The notes beneath the pieces are model-generated. The model worked only from the letters and a program-made list of their open reading frames with translations. It made no database searches and was not told the origin of the DNA. A stretch of DNA of 64,000 nucleotides from Acidimicrobiaceae bacterium (GTDB lineage Bacteria > Actinomycetota > Acidimicrobiia > Acidimicrobiales > Bog-793), in NCBI GenBank assembly GCA_003159795.1, contig PLPK01000076.1, forward strand, positions 19,331 to 83,330, written 5' to 3'. Each line of letters begins with the position of its first letter. Within the stretch, counting starts at the first letter, position 1. Shown here piece by piece: positions 49,054 to 58,109 of the stretch. Position numbers and translations under genes: made by a program.

Positions 49054-50208
49054 GTGCAGGAGATCCTCGGCGATATCGAGCGGTGGCGTTCGATCGGCCG
49101 GCGGGTGGCGCTGGCCCGGGTCATCGGGACCCAGGGATCGGCTCCGCGCGAGCCTGGCGCCGCGATGGCCGTGAGCGAGGACGGCGAGGTCGCCGGGTCC
49201 GTGTCGGGCGGTTGCGTGGAGACCGCGGTCGTCACCGAGGCACTCGACGCCCTCGCGACAGGAAGACCGCGACTCGCGACGTTCGGCTACTCCGACGACG
49301 AGGCCTTCGCCGTCGGCCTCACCTGTGGCGGGACGATCCGGCTGTTCGTCGAGCCCCTGGGACCCCCGGGGATGGACCAAGGAACCGTGGAGGCACTGCG
49401 CGGCCACCTCGAGGCACACCGGCCCGTCGCGCTCGCGACGGTCATCGAGGCCGACACCTGCGCCGGATCGGCGGCAGATGACCGCCCCACAGCCCCGGGT
49501 ACGACGATGCTCGTCACCCCCGACGCGGATTCTCTCGGCTCGTTGGGCGATCCCGGTCTCGACGACGCGGTGCGTCGGGATGCACTCGGGCATCTCGACG
49601 CCGGCACGACCGCCCTGCGCCGCTACGGCCCCCACGGCGAGGCCACCGGGCAGGACATCGCCGTCTTTGTCGAGAGCTTCGCCCCGCCTTCCCGGATGGT
49701 GATCTTCGGTGCGGTCGACTTCACCGCGGCGCTCGCCAGAGTCGCCAAGGTCCTCGGCTACCGGGTCACCGTGTGCGACGCACGTCCCGTGTTCGCCACA
49801 CCGGCGCGGTTCCCGATGGCGGACGAGATCGTCGTCGACTGGCCCGACCGCCACCTCGCGACGATCGGCCCCGAGCTCCGCGAGCGGGACGCGGTGTGCC
49901 TCCTCACTCACGATCCCAAGTTCGACGTGCCGGCCGTCGTCGCGGCCCTCGGCACCCGCGTCGGCTATATCGGCGTCATGGGGTCGCGCCGCACCGCCGC
50001 CGACCGCGAGAAGCGGCTGCGGGCGGCCGGTGTGGACGACGCCGGCCTCGCCCGGGTGATGGCCCCGATCGGCCTCGACATCGGGGCACGGACTCCGGAG
50101 GAAACGGCGATATCGATCTGTGCCGAAATCGTCGCCCTGCATTCGAGGAACCACACGGGCGTGCCGCTCCGCGCGACGGACGGACCCATCCACGATGCGG
50201 GTTCCTGA
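49054..50208 (+). CDS. XdhC/CoxI-family molybdenum-cofactor insertion protein
   Basis: N-terminal XdhC_CoxI domain (VIGTQGSAPREPGAAMAVSEDGEVAGSVSGGCVE) and a C-terminal Rossmann-like domain (MVIFGAVDFTAALA). Confidence 0.85.
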   Translation: MQEILGDIERWRSIGRRVALARVIGTQGSAPREPGAAMAVSEDGEVAGSVSGGCVETAVVTEALDALATGRPRLATFGYSDDEAFAVGLTCGGTIRLFVEPLGPPGMDQGTVEALRGHLEAHRPVALATVIEADTCAGSAADDRPTAPGTTMLVTPDADSLGSLGDPGLDDAVRRDALGHLDAGTTALRRYGPHGEATGQDIAVFVESFAPPSRMVIFGAVDFTAALARVAKVLGYRVTVCDARPVFATPARFPMADEIVVDWPDRHLATIGPELRERDAVCLLTHDPKFDVPAVVAALGTRVGYIGVMGSRRTAADREKRLRAAGVDDAGLARVMAPIGLDIGARTPEETAISICAEIVALHSRNHTGVPLRATDGPIHDAGS

Positions 50209-50282
50209 ACGCGAGGACTCGCTGACAATCGCCGGTGGCGTGACGGGGCCGGACCGCTAGCGTTCGAAGCGAGAGAGATCCG

Positions 50283-52673
50283 TTGGACACGATCACCACC
50301 GTCGGGACCCGAGGCAGGGTCGGAGAAGCCACTCCGCGCATCGACGGGGAACCGAAGGTCACGGGCGCGTTCGCCTACGCGAGCGATCTGCACCGCGAAG
50401 GGATGCTCTTCGGGGCCACCCTGCGCTCCCAGGTGGCGTACGCCCGCATCCACAGCGTCGACACATCTGGGGCGGCCGCGACCCCCGGCGTGGTGGCGGT
50501 CATGCTCGGCTCCGACGTGCCGGGCAAGAACCGCTTCGGGCTGAACTTCTTCGACCAGCCGGTCCTCGCCGAGGACGTCGTGCGCTATTCGGGCGAGCCG
50601 ATCGCCATCCTCGCCGCCTCGACACCGGGGATCGCCCGGCAGGCGATAGGACGGATCGCCGTCGAGCTCGAGGAGCTGCCCGGCGTCTACGACATGGAGA
50701 AGGCGCTGGCACCTGACGCGCCGCGCCTGCACGAGTTCGGGAACGTCCTGCGTCACGTGCACATCGTCCACGGCGAGCCCGACACCGCCGAGGCGGACGT
50801 CTGGGTCGACGGCTACTACGAGACGGCGATGCAGGACCAGGCGGCGCTCGGACCGGAGGCGGGACTGGCGGTGCCGGCCGAGGACGGCGGCGTCGACCTC
50901 TACGTCGCGACGCAGTGGCTGCACGTCGACCGCGAGCAGATCGCGCCGTGCCTGGGACTGCCCGAGGACAAGGTCCGGTTGCACCTCGCCGGTGTCGGGG
51001 GCGCGTTCGGTTCCCGCGAGGACATCCACATGCAGATCCACGCCTGCATGCTGGCCCTGCGAACCGGCCGGCCCGTGAAGTTCAGCTACGGGCGCGAGGA
51101 GTCCTTCCACGGCCACGTCCACCGCCACCCCTCGAGGATCTGGATGCGGCACGGCGCCAACCGCGACGGCCGCCTCGTGACCCTCGACGTCCGGCTGATG
51201 TTCGACGGCGGCGCCTATGCCTCCTCCTCCCCCGCCGTGGTCGGCAACGCGGCGAGCATGGCCGCCGGTCCCTACGAGATTCCGAATGTCCGGATAGAGG
51301 GCACGGTCGTCTACACGAACAACCCGCCGTGCGGGGCGATGCGCGGCTTCGGCGCGCCGCAGGTCTGTTTCGCCCACGAAGCCCAGATGGACAAGCTCGC
51401 CCGTGCCCTCTCGCTCGACCCGGTCGAGCTGCGGTTGCGCAACGCCGTGTCCACCGGCTCGGTCCTGCCGACCGGACAGGTCGTCACCGGAGCCGCCCCG
51501 GTGCGGGAGCTGATCGAGCGATGCGTCGCGATCCCCCTGCCGGAGCCCGAACCCGACCGGGGCCGCGACCTCATGCACTACCCCGGCGGCGCCGGCAACG
51601 TCACCCACGGCGAGGGGATCCGCCGCGGCGTGGGCCTCGCCGTCGGCTACAAGAACGTGGCGTTCAGCGAGGGTTTCGACGACTCCGCGACGGCGCGGGT
51701 GACCCTCGCCCGCACCCCCGACGGTCCCGAGGCCGAGATCCACACCGCCGCGGTCGAGATGGGCCAGGGCCTCTACACCTTCCTCACCCAGGTCGTGCGG
51801 ACCGAGCTCGAGATCGACCGCGTCGAGCTCCACGCCATCGACACCCTGATCGGTGGCGCCGGGTCGACCTCGGCGTCGCGCCAGTCGACGATGGCGGGCG
51901 GGGCCGTCCAGATGGCCTGCGCCGCGGTCCGCGAGGCCCTTTACGGCCGGGCGCGGGCCCGGACGGCGTCGGTGCCGCCCGGCGCCGAGCTCGCGCTCGG
52001 CGATGGCTGGGTCACCTGTGACGGCGCGCCGCTCGTCGAACTGGGGGACCTGCTCGACGAGCCGGTCTCGTGCGAGGCCGTCTACCACCACCGCCCGACG
52101 GGGAACCTCGATGAGAACGGCCAGGGGGACATCCACGTCTCGTTCGCCTTCGCAGCCGAGCGGGCGGTCGTCGAGGTGGACGAGGACCTCGGGCTCGTAC
52201 GCGTCCTGCAGGTGGCGGCGGCGATCGACGTCGGCCGCGTCCTCAATCCGCTCGGTCTCACGGGCCAGATCGAGGGGGCGACCGCCCAGGGCCTCGGGCT
52301 CGGGCTGATGGAGGAGGTCCAGCTCCGAGACGGCGTGATCTCCAACCCGTCCTTCACCGACTACCTCATCCCGACCATCCTCGACATGCCGCCGGTCGTC
52401 TCCGTGGCGGTCGAGGATCCCGAGCCCGGCGCCCCCTACGGCCTGAAGGGCATCGGCGAGTCGCCGACCATCGTCGCTACGGCGGCCGTGGTCGCCGCCT
52501 TGCGCGACGCGACGGGGCGGGAGCTGAACCGCGCGCCGGTCACGCCGGACGAGCTCGTCGGCCTGCGGGGTCCCGCAACGACGTCGGGCCCCCCACCGAT
52601 TCCCGAGGTACCCGGCCAGAAGTCGGTGCCGTTCTACTTCGGGATGAGCTCCGGCCAGCAGAAGATCATGTAG
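50283..52673 (+). CDS. Xanthine dehydrogenase-family molybdopterin-binding large subunit
   Basis: 796 aa with an a/b-hammerhead N-terminus (RIDGEPKVTGAFAYASD), GGAFGSRED, AMRGFGAPQ and LKGIGESP. Confidence 0.9.
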   Translation: MDTITTVGTRGRVGEATPRIDGEPKVTGAFAYASDLHREGMLFGATLRSQVAYARIHSVDTSGAAATPGVVAVMLGSDVPGKNRFGLNFFDQPVLAEDVVRYSGEPIAILAASTPGIARQAIGRIAVELEELPGVYDMEKALAPDAPRLHEFGNVLRHVHIVHGEPDTAEADVWVDGYYETAMQDQAALGPEAGLAVPAEDGGVDLYVATQWLHVDREQIAPCLGLPEDKVRLHLAGVGGAFGSREDIHMQIHACMLALRTGRPVKFSYGREESFHGHVHRHPSRIWMRHGANRDGRLVTLDVRLMFDGGAYASSSPAVVGNAASMAAGPYEIPNVRIEGTVVYTNNPPCGAMRGFGAPQVCFAHEAQMDKLARALSLDPVELRLRNAVSTGSVLPTGQVVTGAAPVRELIERCVAIPLPEPEPDRGRDLMHYPGGAGNVTHGEGIRRGVGLAVGYKNVAFSEGFDDSATARVTLARTPDGPEAEIHTAAVEMGQGLYTFLTQVVRTELEIDRVELHAIDTLIGGAGSTSASRQSTMAGGAVQMACAAVREALYGRARARTASVPPGAELALGDGWVTCDGAPLVELGDLLDEPVSCEAVYHHRPTGNLDENGQGDIHVSFAFAAERAVVEVDEDLGLVRVLQVAAAIDVGRVLNPLGLTGQIEGATAQGLGLGLMEEVQLRDGVISNPSFTDYLIPTILDMPPVVSVAVEDPEPGAPYGLKGIGESPTIVATAAVVAALRDATGRELNRAPVTPDELVGLRGPATTSGPPPIPEVPGQKSVPFYFGMSSGQQKIM

Positions 52674-52745
52674 GGATCGGAGACCAGGACCGATGCGGTT
52701 TATGCAACTGCGGGCACGGGTGGCACGGCGGCGGAGGGTGACACC

Positions 52746-53618
52746 ATGAGCTACCTGCGCCCGACGAGCTGGGCGGAGGCGCTCGCCGCCCGAGCGGAGT
52801 ACCCCGAGGCCGTCGTCGTCGCGGGAGGGACCGACGTGATGGTCGAGATCAACTTCGGTCGCCTCCACCCATCGGCCCTCCTCGACCTGTCACGGGTCGG
52901 GGAGCTGCGCGCGCTGGGCCGGGAGGACGGGCACGTCCGGGTGGGCTCCGGCGTCACCTACCAGTCGATCATGCGTGATCTCCCGGGCGAACTCCCCGGC
53001 CTCGCCGCCGCCGCCCGCACCGTGGGATCGCCTCCGATCCGGAACCGCGGCACGATCGGCGGCAACCTCGGCTCGGCATCCCCCGCCGGGGACTGCCACC
53101 CGCCGCTCCTCGCCTGCGGCGCCGAAGTCGAGATCGCCTCGGTGCACACGAGCAGAACCACGCCCGTCGCCGACTTCTTCGTCGGCCCGAAGCGCAGCGT
53201 CCTCGGCCCCGACGAGCTGATCGCCGCCGTCTGGGTGCCGGCGGCGACAGGGCCGCAGACGTTCTCCAAGGTGGGGTCGCGCAACGCCATGGTCATCGCG
53301 ATCTGCTCTTTCGCCCTGGCACTCCACCCGGACGTTGGCCGGGTAGGCACCGGGATCGGCTCCGCCGGGCCCGTGCCGCTGCGGGCCCGCGCCGCCGAGC
53401 AGTTCCTCGAGGGGCATCTCGGCGAGACGGGGGCCTGGGAATCGCGACCACGCCTGGGTGACGCCGTCGTCGATGAGTTCGCCCGACTTGTTGCCGGGGC
53501 CGCCCAGCCGATCGACGACGTGCGGGGCTCCGCCGACTACCGCCGGCACGCCCTCGGGGTGGTCGCGCGGCGATCGCTCATGTGGTGCTGGGACGAGTTC
53601 CGGGGAGGCAGGCCGTGA
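52746..53618 (+). CDS. Molybdenum hydroxylase FAD-binding subunit (CoxM/XdhB-like)
   Basis: VVAGGTDVMVEINFG, RNRGTIGGNL and a CO-dehydrogenase flavoprotein C-terminal domain. Confidence 0.85.
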   Translation: MSYLRPTSWAEALAARAEYPEAVVVAGGTDVMVEINFGRLHPSALLDLSRVGELRALGREDGHVRVGSGVTYQSIMRDLPGELPGLAAAARTVGSPPIRNRGTIGGNLGSASPAGDCHPPLLACGAEVEIASVHTSRTTPVADFFVGPKRSVLGPDELIAAVWVPAATGPQTFSKVGSRNAMVIAICSFALALHPDVGRVGTGIGSAGPVPLRARAAEQFLEGHLGETGAWESRPRLGDAVVDEFARLVAGAAQPIDDVRGSADYRRHALGVVARRSLMWCWDEFRGGRP

Positions 53619-54073
53619 GGGTCTCGTTGACCGTCAACGGGGTTGACCGTGTGGTCGACGGCGTCGAGGAGCACGAGAGCCTCCTCCACCTGCTGCGGGA
53701 ACACCTCGATCTGTTCGGCACGAAGAACGCCTGCGAGCAGGGTGAATGCGGATCGTGCTCGGTTTACCTCGACGGCGTGCTGGTCTGCTCCTGCCTTGTC
53801 GCCGCCGGTCAGGCGGAAGGGGGCACCGTCACGACGGTCGAGGGATTGTCCGACGATGGCATCCTCGATCCCGTCCAACAAGCCTTCATCGAGGCTGGCG
53901 CCGTCCAGTGCGGATTCTGCACCCCGGGCTTCGTCCTGGCCGCCCATGACCTCCTGCGACACGTGCCGGATCCCGACGACGCCCAGATCCGCGAGGCGCT
54001 ATCGGGAAACCTCTGCCGGTGCACCGGCTATCAGAAGATCATCGACGCGGTCCACCGCGCGGCAGGCCGCTAG
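53615..54073 (+). CDS. Molybdenum hydroxylase [2Fe-2S] small subunit (CoxS-like)
   Basis: CEQGECGSCSV, CGFCTPG and CRCTGYQKI. The GTG start overlaps the FAD-subunit stop (GTGA). Confidence 0.9.
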   Translation: MRVSLTVNGVDRVVDGVEEHESLLHLLREHLDLFGTKNACEQGECGSCSVYLDGVLVCSCLVAAGQAEGGTVTTVEGLSDDGILDPVQQAFIEAGAVQCGFCTPGFVLAAHDLLRHVPDPDDAQIREALSGNLCRCTGYQKIIDAVHRAAGR

Positions 54074-54126
54074 TTGGCTGGTCGGATATTCTTGCATTCG
54101 AGCAGCTCAGCGCACTGAACAGTGCT

Positions 54127-54164
54127 CGCGATTCGGTCGGGCGTCGGCTGAATACCCGAATCGC
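54127..54164. terminator. Hairpin between the convergent xdh and carbamate kinase operons
   Basis: CGCGATTCGG / CCGAATCGCG, a 10-bp perfect stem with an 18-nt loop, in a relatively AT-rich 112-nt spacer. Confidence 0.4.
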
Positions 54165-54185
54165 GCGACCTCGTTCGACGCCGAT

Positions 54186-55136
54186 CTAGTCGACGGTGAA
54201 GTGTGTCCCCGTCCGGCCGGCGACCGCCCTCGCGAGGTTCGGCGTATCCGTGACGATGGCGTGCTTCCCCCCGTTCTCGAGGTACTCGATGACCGCCTCG
54301 ATCTTCGGCGCCATGCTTCCTGCTGCGAAGTGCACGCCCTCGGCGAGATACCGCCGCGCCTCGGCGAGGCTGAGATGGTCCACCCAGCGCTCGACAGGCG
54401 TGCCGAAGTTGAGCGCCACCTTCTCGACCGAGGTGGAGATGAGGAACAGCTCGGCCCCGAGGTTGCGCGCGAGCAGGGAGCAGCCAAGGTCCTTGTCGAT
54501 CACGGCCTCGACCCCCTGGAGGTCTCCATCGGGGTCGGCGACGACGGGGATCCCCCCGCCGCCGACCCCGATGACGATGACCCCGGCCGAGAGAAGCGAC
54601 CTGATCGCGTCGAGCTCCACGATGCGCAGCGGGCGCGGTGAGGCGACGACGCGCCGCCAACCCCGATTGGCGTCCTCGACGACGTCCCAGCCGTCCTGCT
54701 GCCGGCGCCGACGCGCCTCGCCATCGTCCATGAACGATCCGATCGGCTTGGTCGGGTTCGTGAAGGCGGGATCGTCCGCCGCCACCTCCGTCTGGGTCAC
54801 GATCGCCACCACGGGCCTGTCCATGGCCCGGCGCCGCAGCACGTTCTGCAGGTTCTGCGCGAGGGCGTAGCCGATCGCGCCCTGGGAGTCCGCGCCGCAG
54901 GCGTCGAGCGGCACCTCGTGGAGCTCGTGGGCGGCGAGCTCCGAACGGCGCAGGATGAAGCCCACCTGCGGGCCGTTGCCGTGGCCGATCACGACGTCCC
55001 AGCCGTCGGCGATCATGGCCGCCACGTGCTGGGACGTTTCGTGGGCCGCGATGTACTGGTCACGCACCTCCTGGTGCATCCGGTCCTTGATCAGCGAGTT
55101 GCCGCCGATCGCAACGACGGCGAGCCGATCGCCCAT
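54186..55136 (-). CDS. Carbamate kinase
   Basis: 316 aa with LAVVAIGGNSL, VVIGHGNGPQVG and GGGGIPV. This is the ArcC/YqeA family. Confidence 0.9.
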   Translation of the reverse strand: MGDRLAVVAIGGNSLIKDRMHQEVRDQYIAAHETSQHVAAMIADGWDVVIGHGNGPQVGFILRRSELAAHELHEVPLDACGADSQGAIGYALAQNLQNVLRRRAMDRPVVAIVTQTEVAADDPAFTNPTKPIGSFMDDGEARRRRQQDGWDVVEDANRGWRRVVASPRPLRIVELDAIRSLLSAGVIVIGVGGGGIPVVADPDGDLQGVEAVIDKDLGCSLLARNLGAELFLISTSVEKVALNFGTPVERWVDHLSLAEARRYLAEGVHFAAGSMAPKIEAVIEYLENGGKHAIVTDTPNLARAVAGRTGTHFTVD

Positions 55137-55147
55137 CGCCGGGACCT

Positions 55148-56125
55148 CTAGCCCATCGTCAGCGCCATAACGGCCTTCTGGCCGTGCAGGCGGTTCTCGG
55201 CCTGGTCGTAGACGACGGAGTGCGGCCCGTCGATGACCTCATCGGTGACCTCGACGTTGCGGTCCGCCGGCAGCGGGTGCATGAAGATCGCCTCCTCGCT
55301 CGCCAGTCCCACCCGGCGGCTGTCGGTGATCCAGTCGGAATACTTGGCGATGAGCTTCGCCCCCTCGGCCTCGTCCGTCGTCGTGCGCAGCGCCCCCCAG
55401 CTCTTGGCGTAGATGACGTCCGTGCCCCGCATGCCGGCGTCGAAGTCGTGCGAGACCTCGAACGAGGCGTGAGCCCGGCGGGCCTCGGACTCCGCCTGCT
55501 CGACGATCTCGGGCAGGAGGCTGAACTCGGGCGGGTGGACGAGCCGCACGTTCATGCCGAAGCGCGGGAGCAACAGCGCCAGGCTCTGGGGCACGCTGAT
55601 CGGCTTCTGGTAGCTCGCGGCACAGGCCCAGCTGATCGTCGCCGTGCGGCCCCGCGGGTCGCCAAAGCGCTCGATGATCGTCATCAGGTCCGCCAGCGCC
55701 TGGTGGGGGTGGAAGACGTCGCACTGCATGTTGAGCACGGGCACCCGGCTCGCCGCGGCGACGTCGCGCAGGTATTTGTTGCCCACCAGCCAGTCGACGT
55801 TGCGGATGGCGATGCCGTCGTTGTAACGGCCGAGGATCTCGCCGATCTCCTTGGCGGTGTCACCGTGGGCGATCTGGGTGGTCCTGCTCTCGATGAACTG
55901 GGCGTGCCCCCCGAGCTGCGCCATGCCGGCCTCGAACGAGGCCCGCGTCCGGGTACTCGAGAAGAAGAACAGCATCGCGAGGACCTTGTCCCGCAGCAGC
56001 GGATGGGGCCGCCCGAGGGCGCGGTCGCGCTTGAGCTCGAACGCCACGTCGAGCACGGTGTCGATCTCCTGTCTGGTCCACTCGGAGAAGTCGATGACGT
56101 CCCGACCCCTAAGGTTCGTCTGCAT
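55148..56125 (-). CDS. YgeW-type (knotted) carbamoyltransferase of unknown substrate
   Basis: FFSSTRTRASFE, IAHGDTAKE, NMQCDVFHPHQALADL, SWACAASYQKPISVPQS, RFGMNVRLVHP, IYAKSW and FMHPLPADRNVEVTDEV. By recollection these closely parallel E. coli YgeW and the AOTCase-like clade rather than ArgF. Confidence 0.75.
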   Translation of the reverse strand: MQTNLRGRDVIDFSEWTRQEIDTVLDVAFELKRDRALGRPHPLLRDKVLAMLFFFSSTRTRASFEAGMAQLGGHAQFIESRTTQIAHGDTAKEIGEILGRYNDGIAIRNVDWLVGNKYLRDVAAASRVPVLNMQCDVFHPHQALADLMTIIERFGDPRGRTATISWACAASYQKPISVPQSLALLLPRFGMNVRLVHPPEFSLLPEIVEQAESEARRAHASFEVSHDFDAGMRGTDVIYAKSWGALRTTTDEAEGAKLIAKYSDWITDSRRVGLASEEAIFMHPLPADRNVEVTDEVIDGPHSVVYDQAENRLHGQKAVMALTMG

Positions 56126-56137
56126 GGTCCCTCCCCC

Positions 56138-57088
56138 CTAGCTCACGGCCCCGAGGACCAGCGAGAGCAGCGCCATGCGCATCACGACGCCGTTGAAGGC
56201 CTCGAACCAGTAGCGCGCGTGGCGGGTCTCGTCGACGTCGGCGGGCAGCTCGTCCATCCTCGGCAGCGAGTGCAGGATGATGGCGTCGGTCTTCGCCCTC
56301 GTCGCCATGAGCTCCTTGGTCACGCGGTAGGCGACCGGGGTGAGCCCGTGCTCCTCGACCTCCTCCCGGGACTTCGTGTAGTCGGCCTGCACGACCGGCT
56401 CCATGTAGACGACGTCCGCCTTCGAGAGGCACTCTTCGACGCTCTCGAACTCGGCATAGCGCAGGCCGCGGGTCGCGAGCTCGGCCGCGAACTCCGGCAG
56501 GAGCGACATCTCCGGCGGGTAGACGAGCGACGCCGTCATGTCGAATTGCGTCATCGCGTAGAGGATCGAGTGCATCGTGCGCATCCGCATGTCCCCTACG
56601 CAGAGCACGTTCAGCCCGTCGAGCGTGCCCTTGTCCTTCCAGATCGTGTAGAGGTCGGTGAGCACCTGGGTCGGGTGCTCGCCCCAGCCGTCACCGCAGT
56701 TGATCACCGGCACCGAGGACCACCTGGCGGCCTCGGCGGGTGCGCCCTGCTCGAAGTGGCGCATCGCGATCACGTCGCCGTAGTACTCGAGCATGTGGAC
56801 GGTGTCCTTGATGCTCTCCTGGTAGAAGTCTCCGGCCCGCGTCATCTTGGCGTCGGAGAAGCCGAGCACGTGCCCGCCCAGTCGGTGCATCGCCGCCTCG
56901 GTGGCGAGACGGGTCCTGGTGCTCGGCTGGTAGAAGGCGGTGAGCAGCGTCTTGGAAGCGAGCAGGTCCCCGTTCTCGCGCCGCTCGGCAAACGGCCTCA
57001 GCTCGTCGGCGACCCGGAAGACCTCGAAGAACTCGTCTCGCTCGAAGTCCTTGAGCGAGAGGATGTCCCGTCCGGCAAAGCTCCTCAT
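56138..57088 (-). CDS. ATCase-like carbamoyltransferase (paralog 2) with an altered second-substrate site
   Basis: YQPSTRTRLATE, IAMRH, GDGWGEHPTQVLTDL, VGDMRMRT and HSLPRMDEL. The segment that looks equivalent to the ATCase Asp-binding MTRVQKER reads MEPVVQAD. Confidence 0.75.
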   Translation of the reverse strand: MRSFAGRDILSLKDFERDEFFEVFRVADELRPFAERRENGDLLASKTLLTAFYQPSTRTRLATEAAMHRLGGHVLGFSDAKMTRAGDFYQESIKDTVHMLEYYGDVIAMRHFEQGAPAEAARWSSVPVINCGDGWGEHPTQVLTDLYTIWKDKGTLDGLNVLCVGDMRMRTMHSILYAMTQFDMTASLVYPPEMSLLPEFAAELATRGLRYAEFESVEECLSKADVVYMEPVVQADYTKSREEVEEHGLTPVAYRVTKELMATRAKTDAIILHSLPRMDELPADVDETRHARYWFEAFNGVVMRMALLSLVLGAVS

Positions 57089-57119
57089 CTTGTACCGCCC
57101 TTCCTGAATTGAAGGCTCG

Positions 57120-58109
57120 TCACGAGCCGAAAGTGTCGATCATCAGCCGCACGTCGCTGCCGAGCGGGTAAAGGATCGGGCAGGTCGCGCCGTTGGCGAT
57201 GTACTCGTCGACCTTGGCGCGGCACTCCTCGGGGGTTCCCGAGGCGGTGATCATCTGGACCGCGTCGTCGGGCACGAGCTTCATCGCCCGGTGGATCTCC
57301 TCCGGCCCGGCCGGCCAGGTGAGTACCTCGCCGATCTCCTCGATGAGGGTGGGGTCCACCCCGCTCGCTTTCATGATGTGGGGTTGCTGCCCGAGGTACT
57401 GGGTGAGGAGCTCCCGGGACCGGTCGAGGGCCAGCCCGCGGTCCTCGTCGAGCGAGCACACGACGAGCTGGGGCCGGTCGATCTCGTCGACCGATCGCCC
57501 GGCGCGGGCCGCGCCGATGGCGAGGTGCTCCATCGCCTGTCTGTTGTACTCGGGGCTCACCATGTAGTTGAGCACGACCCCGTCGGCGACCTCGCCGGCG
57601 AGCTCCATCATCTGCATCCCGGTCGCGCCGATGTAGATCGGCACGTGCTTGGGCGAGCGATCGCCGTGGACGATGTCGATCTCCACGTCGTCGAGGTGCA
57701 CGAAGGTGCCGTGATACGTGACGCGCTCCATGGCGAGGAGCCGGCGGGTCGCCTCGACGACCTCACGCATCGCCAGCAGCGGTCGGGTGCGGTTGACACC
57801 GACTTTCGTGGCGAGCGGCTCCCACCACGCGCCGAGCCCGAGGATCACCCGCCCCGGGGCGAGCTCGTCGAGCGTCGAGAACGTCGCGGCCAGCAGGCCC
57901 ACGTTGCGCGTCCAGATCGGGATCACCCCGGAGGCGACCTTGATCCGGCTCGTCACGGCGGCGTAGGCGGCCATCGGCACGGTCGCCTCCCGAACGAGCC
58001 GGCTCTCCGCCTGCCAGACCGCCTCGAATCCCCGCTCCTCGGCATAGCGCGAGTACTCCATCCCGTCCCGGATCGGGTGCATGTCCTGCAGGTACAAGGC
58101 GGCCCTCAT
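57120..58109 (-). CDS. Luciferase-like (LLM) flavin/F420-dependent oxidoreductase
   Basis: MRAALYLQD...[15 protein letters not shown]...VILGLGAWW is typical of LLM-class oxidoreductases. ATG 58109 overlaps the ssnA-like stop by 1 nt (TGATG). Confidence 0.8.
   Translation of the reverse strand: MRAALYLQDMHPIRDGMEYSRYAEERGFEAVWQAESRLVREATVPMAAYAAVTSRIKVASGVIPIWTRNVGLLAATFSTLDELAPGRVILGLGAWWEPLATKVGVNRTRPLLAMREVVEATRRLLAMERVTYHGTFVHLDDVEIDIVHGDRSPKHVPIYIGATGMQMMELAGEVADGVVLNYMVSPEYNRQAMEHLAIGAARAGRSVDEIDRPQLVVCSLDEDRGLALDRSRELLTQYLGQQPHIMKASGVDPTLIEEIGEVLTWPAGPEEIHRAMKLVPDDAVQMITASGTPEECRAKVDEYIANGATCPILYPLGSDVRLMIDTFGS

Noticed and set aside
54112-54125. A GCACTG-AA-CAGTGC palindrome, considered as a bidirectional terminator between the convergent operons.
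   Set aside because: A 2-nt loop is sterically implausible, so the effective stem is only about 5 bp. The nearby 10-bp hairpin at 54127-54164 is the better candidate.
54186-57088. Interpretation as an arginine deiminase (arcABC) operon, or as biosynthetic pyrB/argF genes.
   Set aside because: No arcA or arginine/ornithine antiporter is present. The OTCase-family member has YgeW/AOTCase-like motifs rather than ArgF motifs. The ATCase-like member appears to lack the Asp-binding Arg segment. The neighbouring genes are ssnA, an LLM oxidoreductase and PLP lyases, not pyrC/carAB. This still needs a genome-wide check for other pyrB/argF copies.
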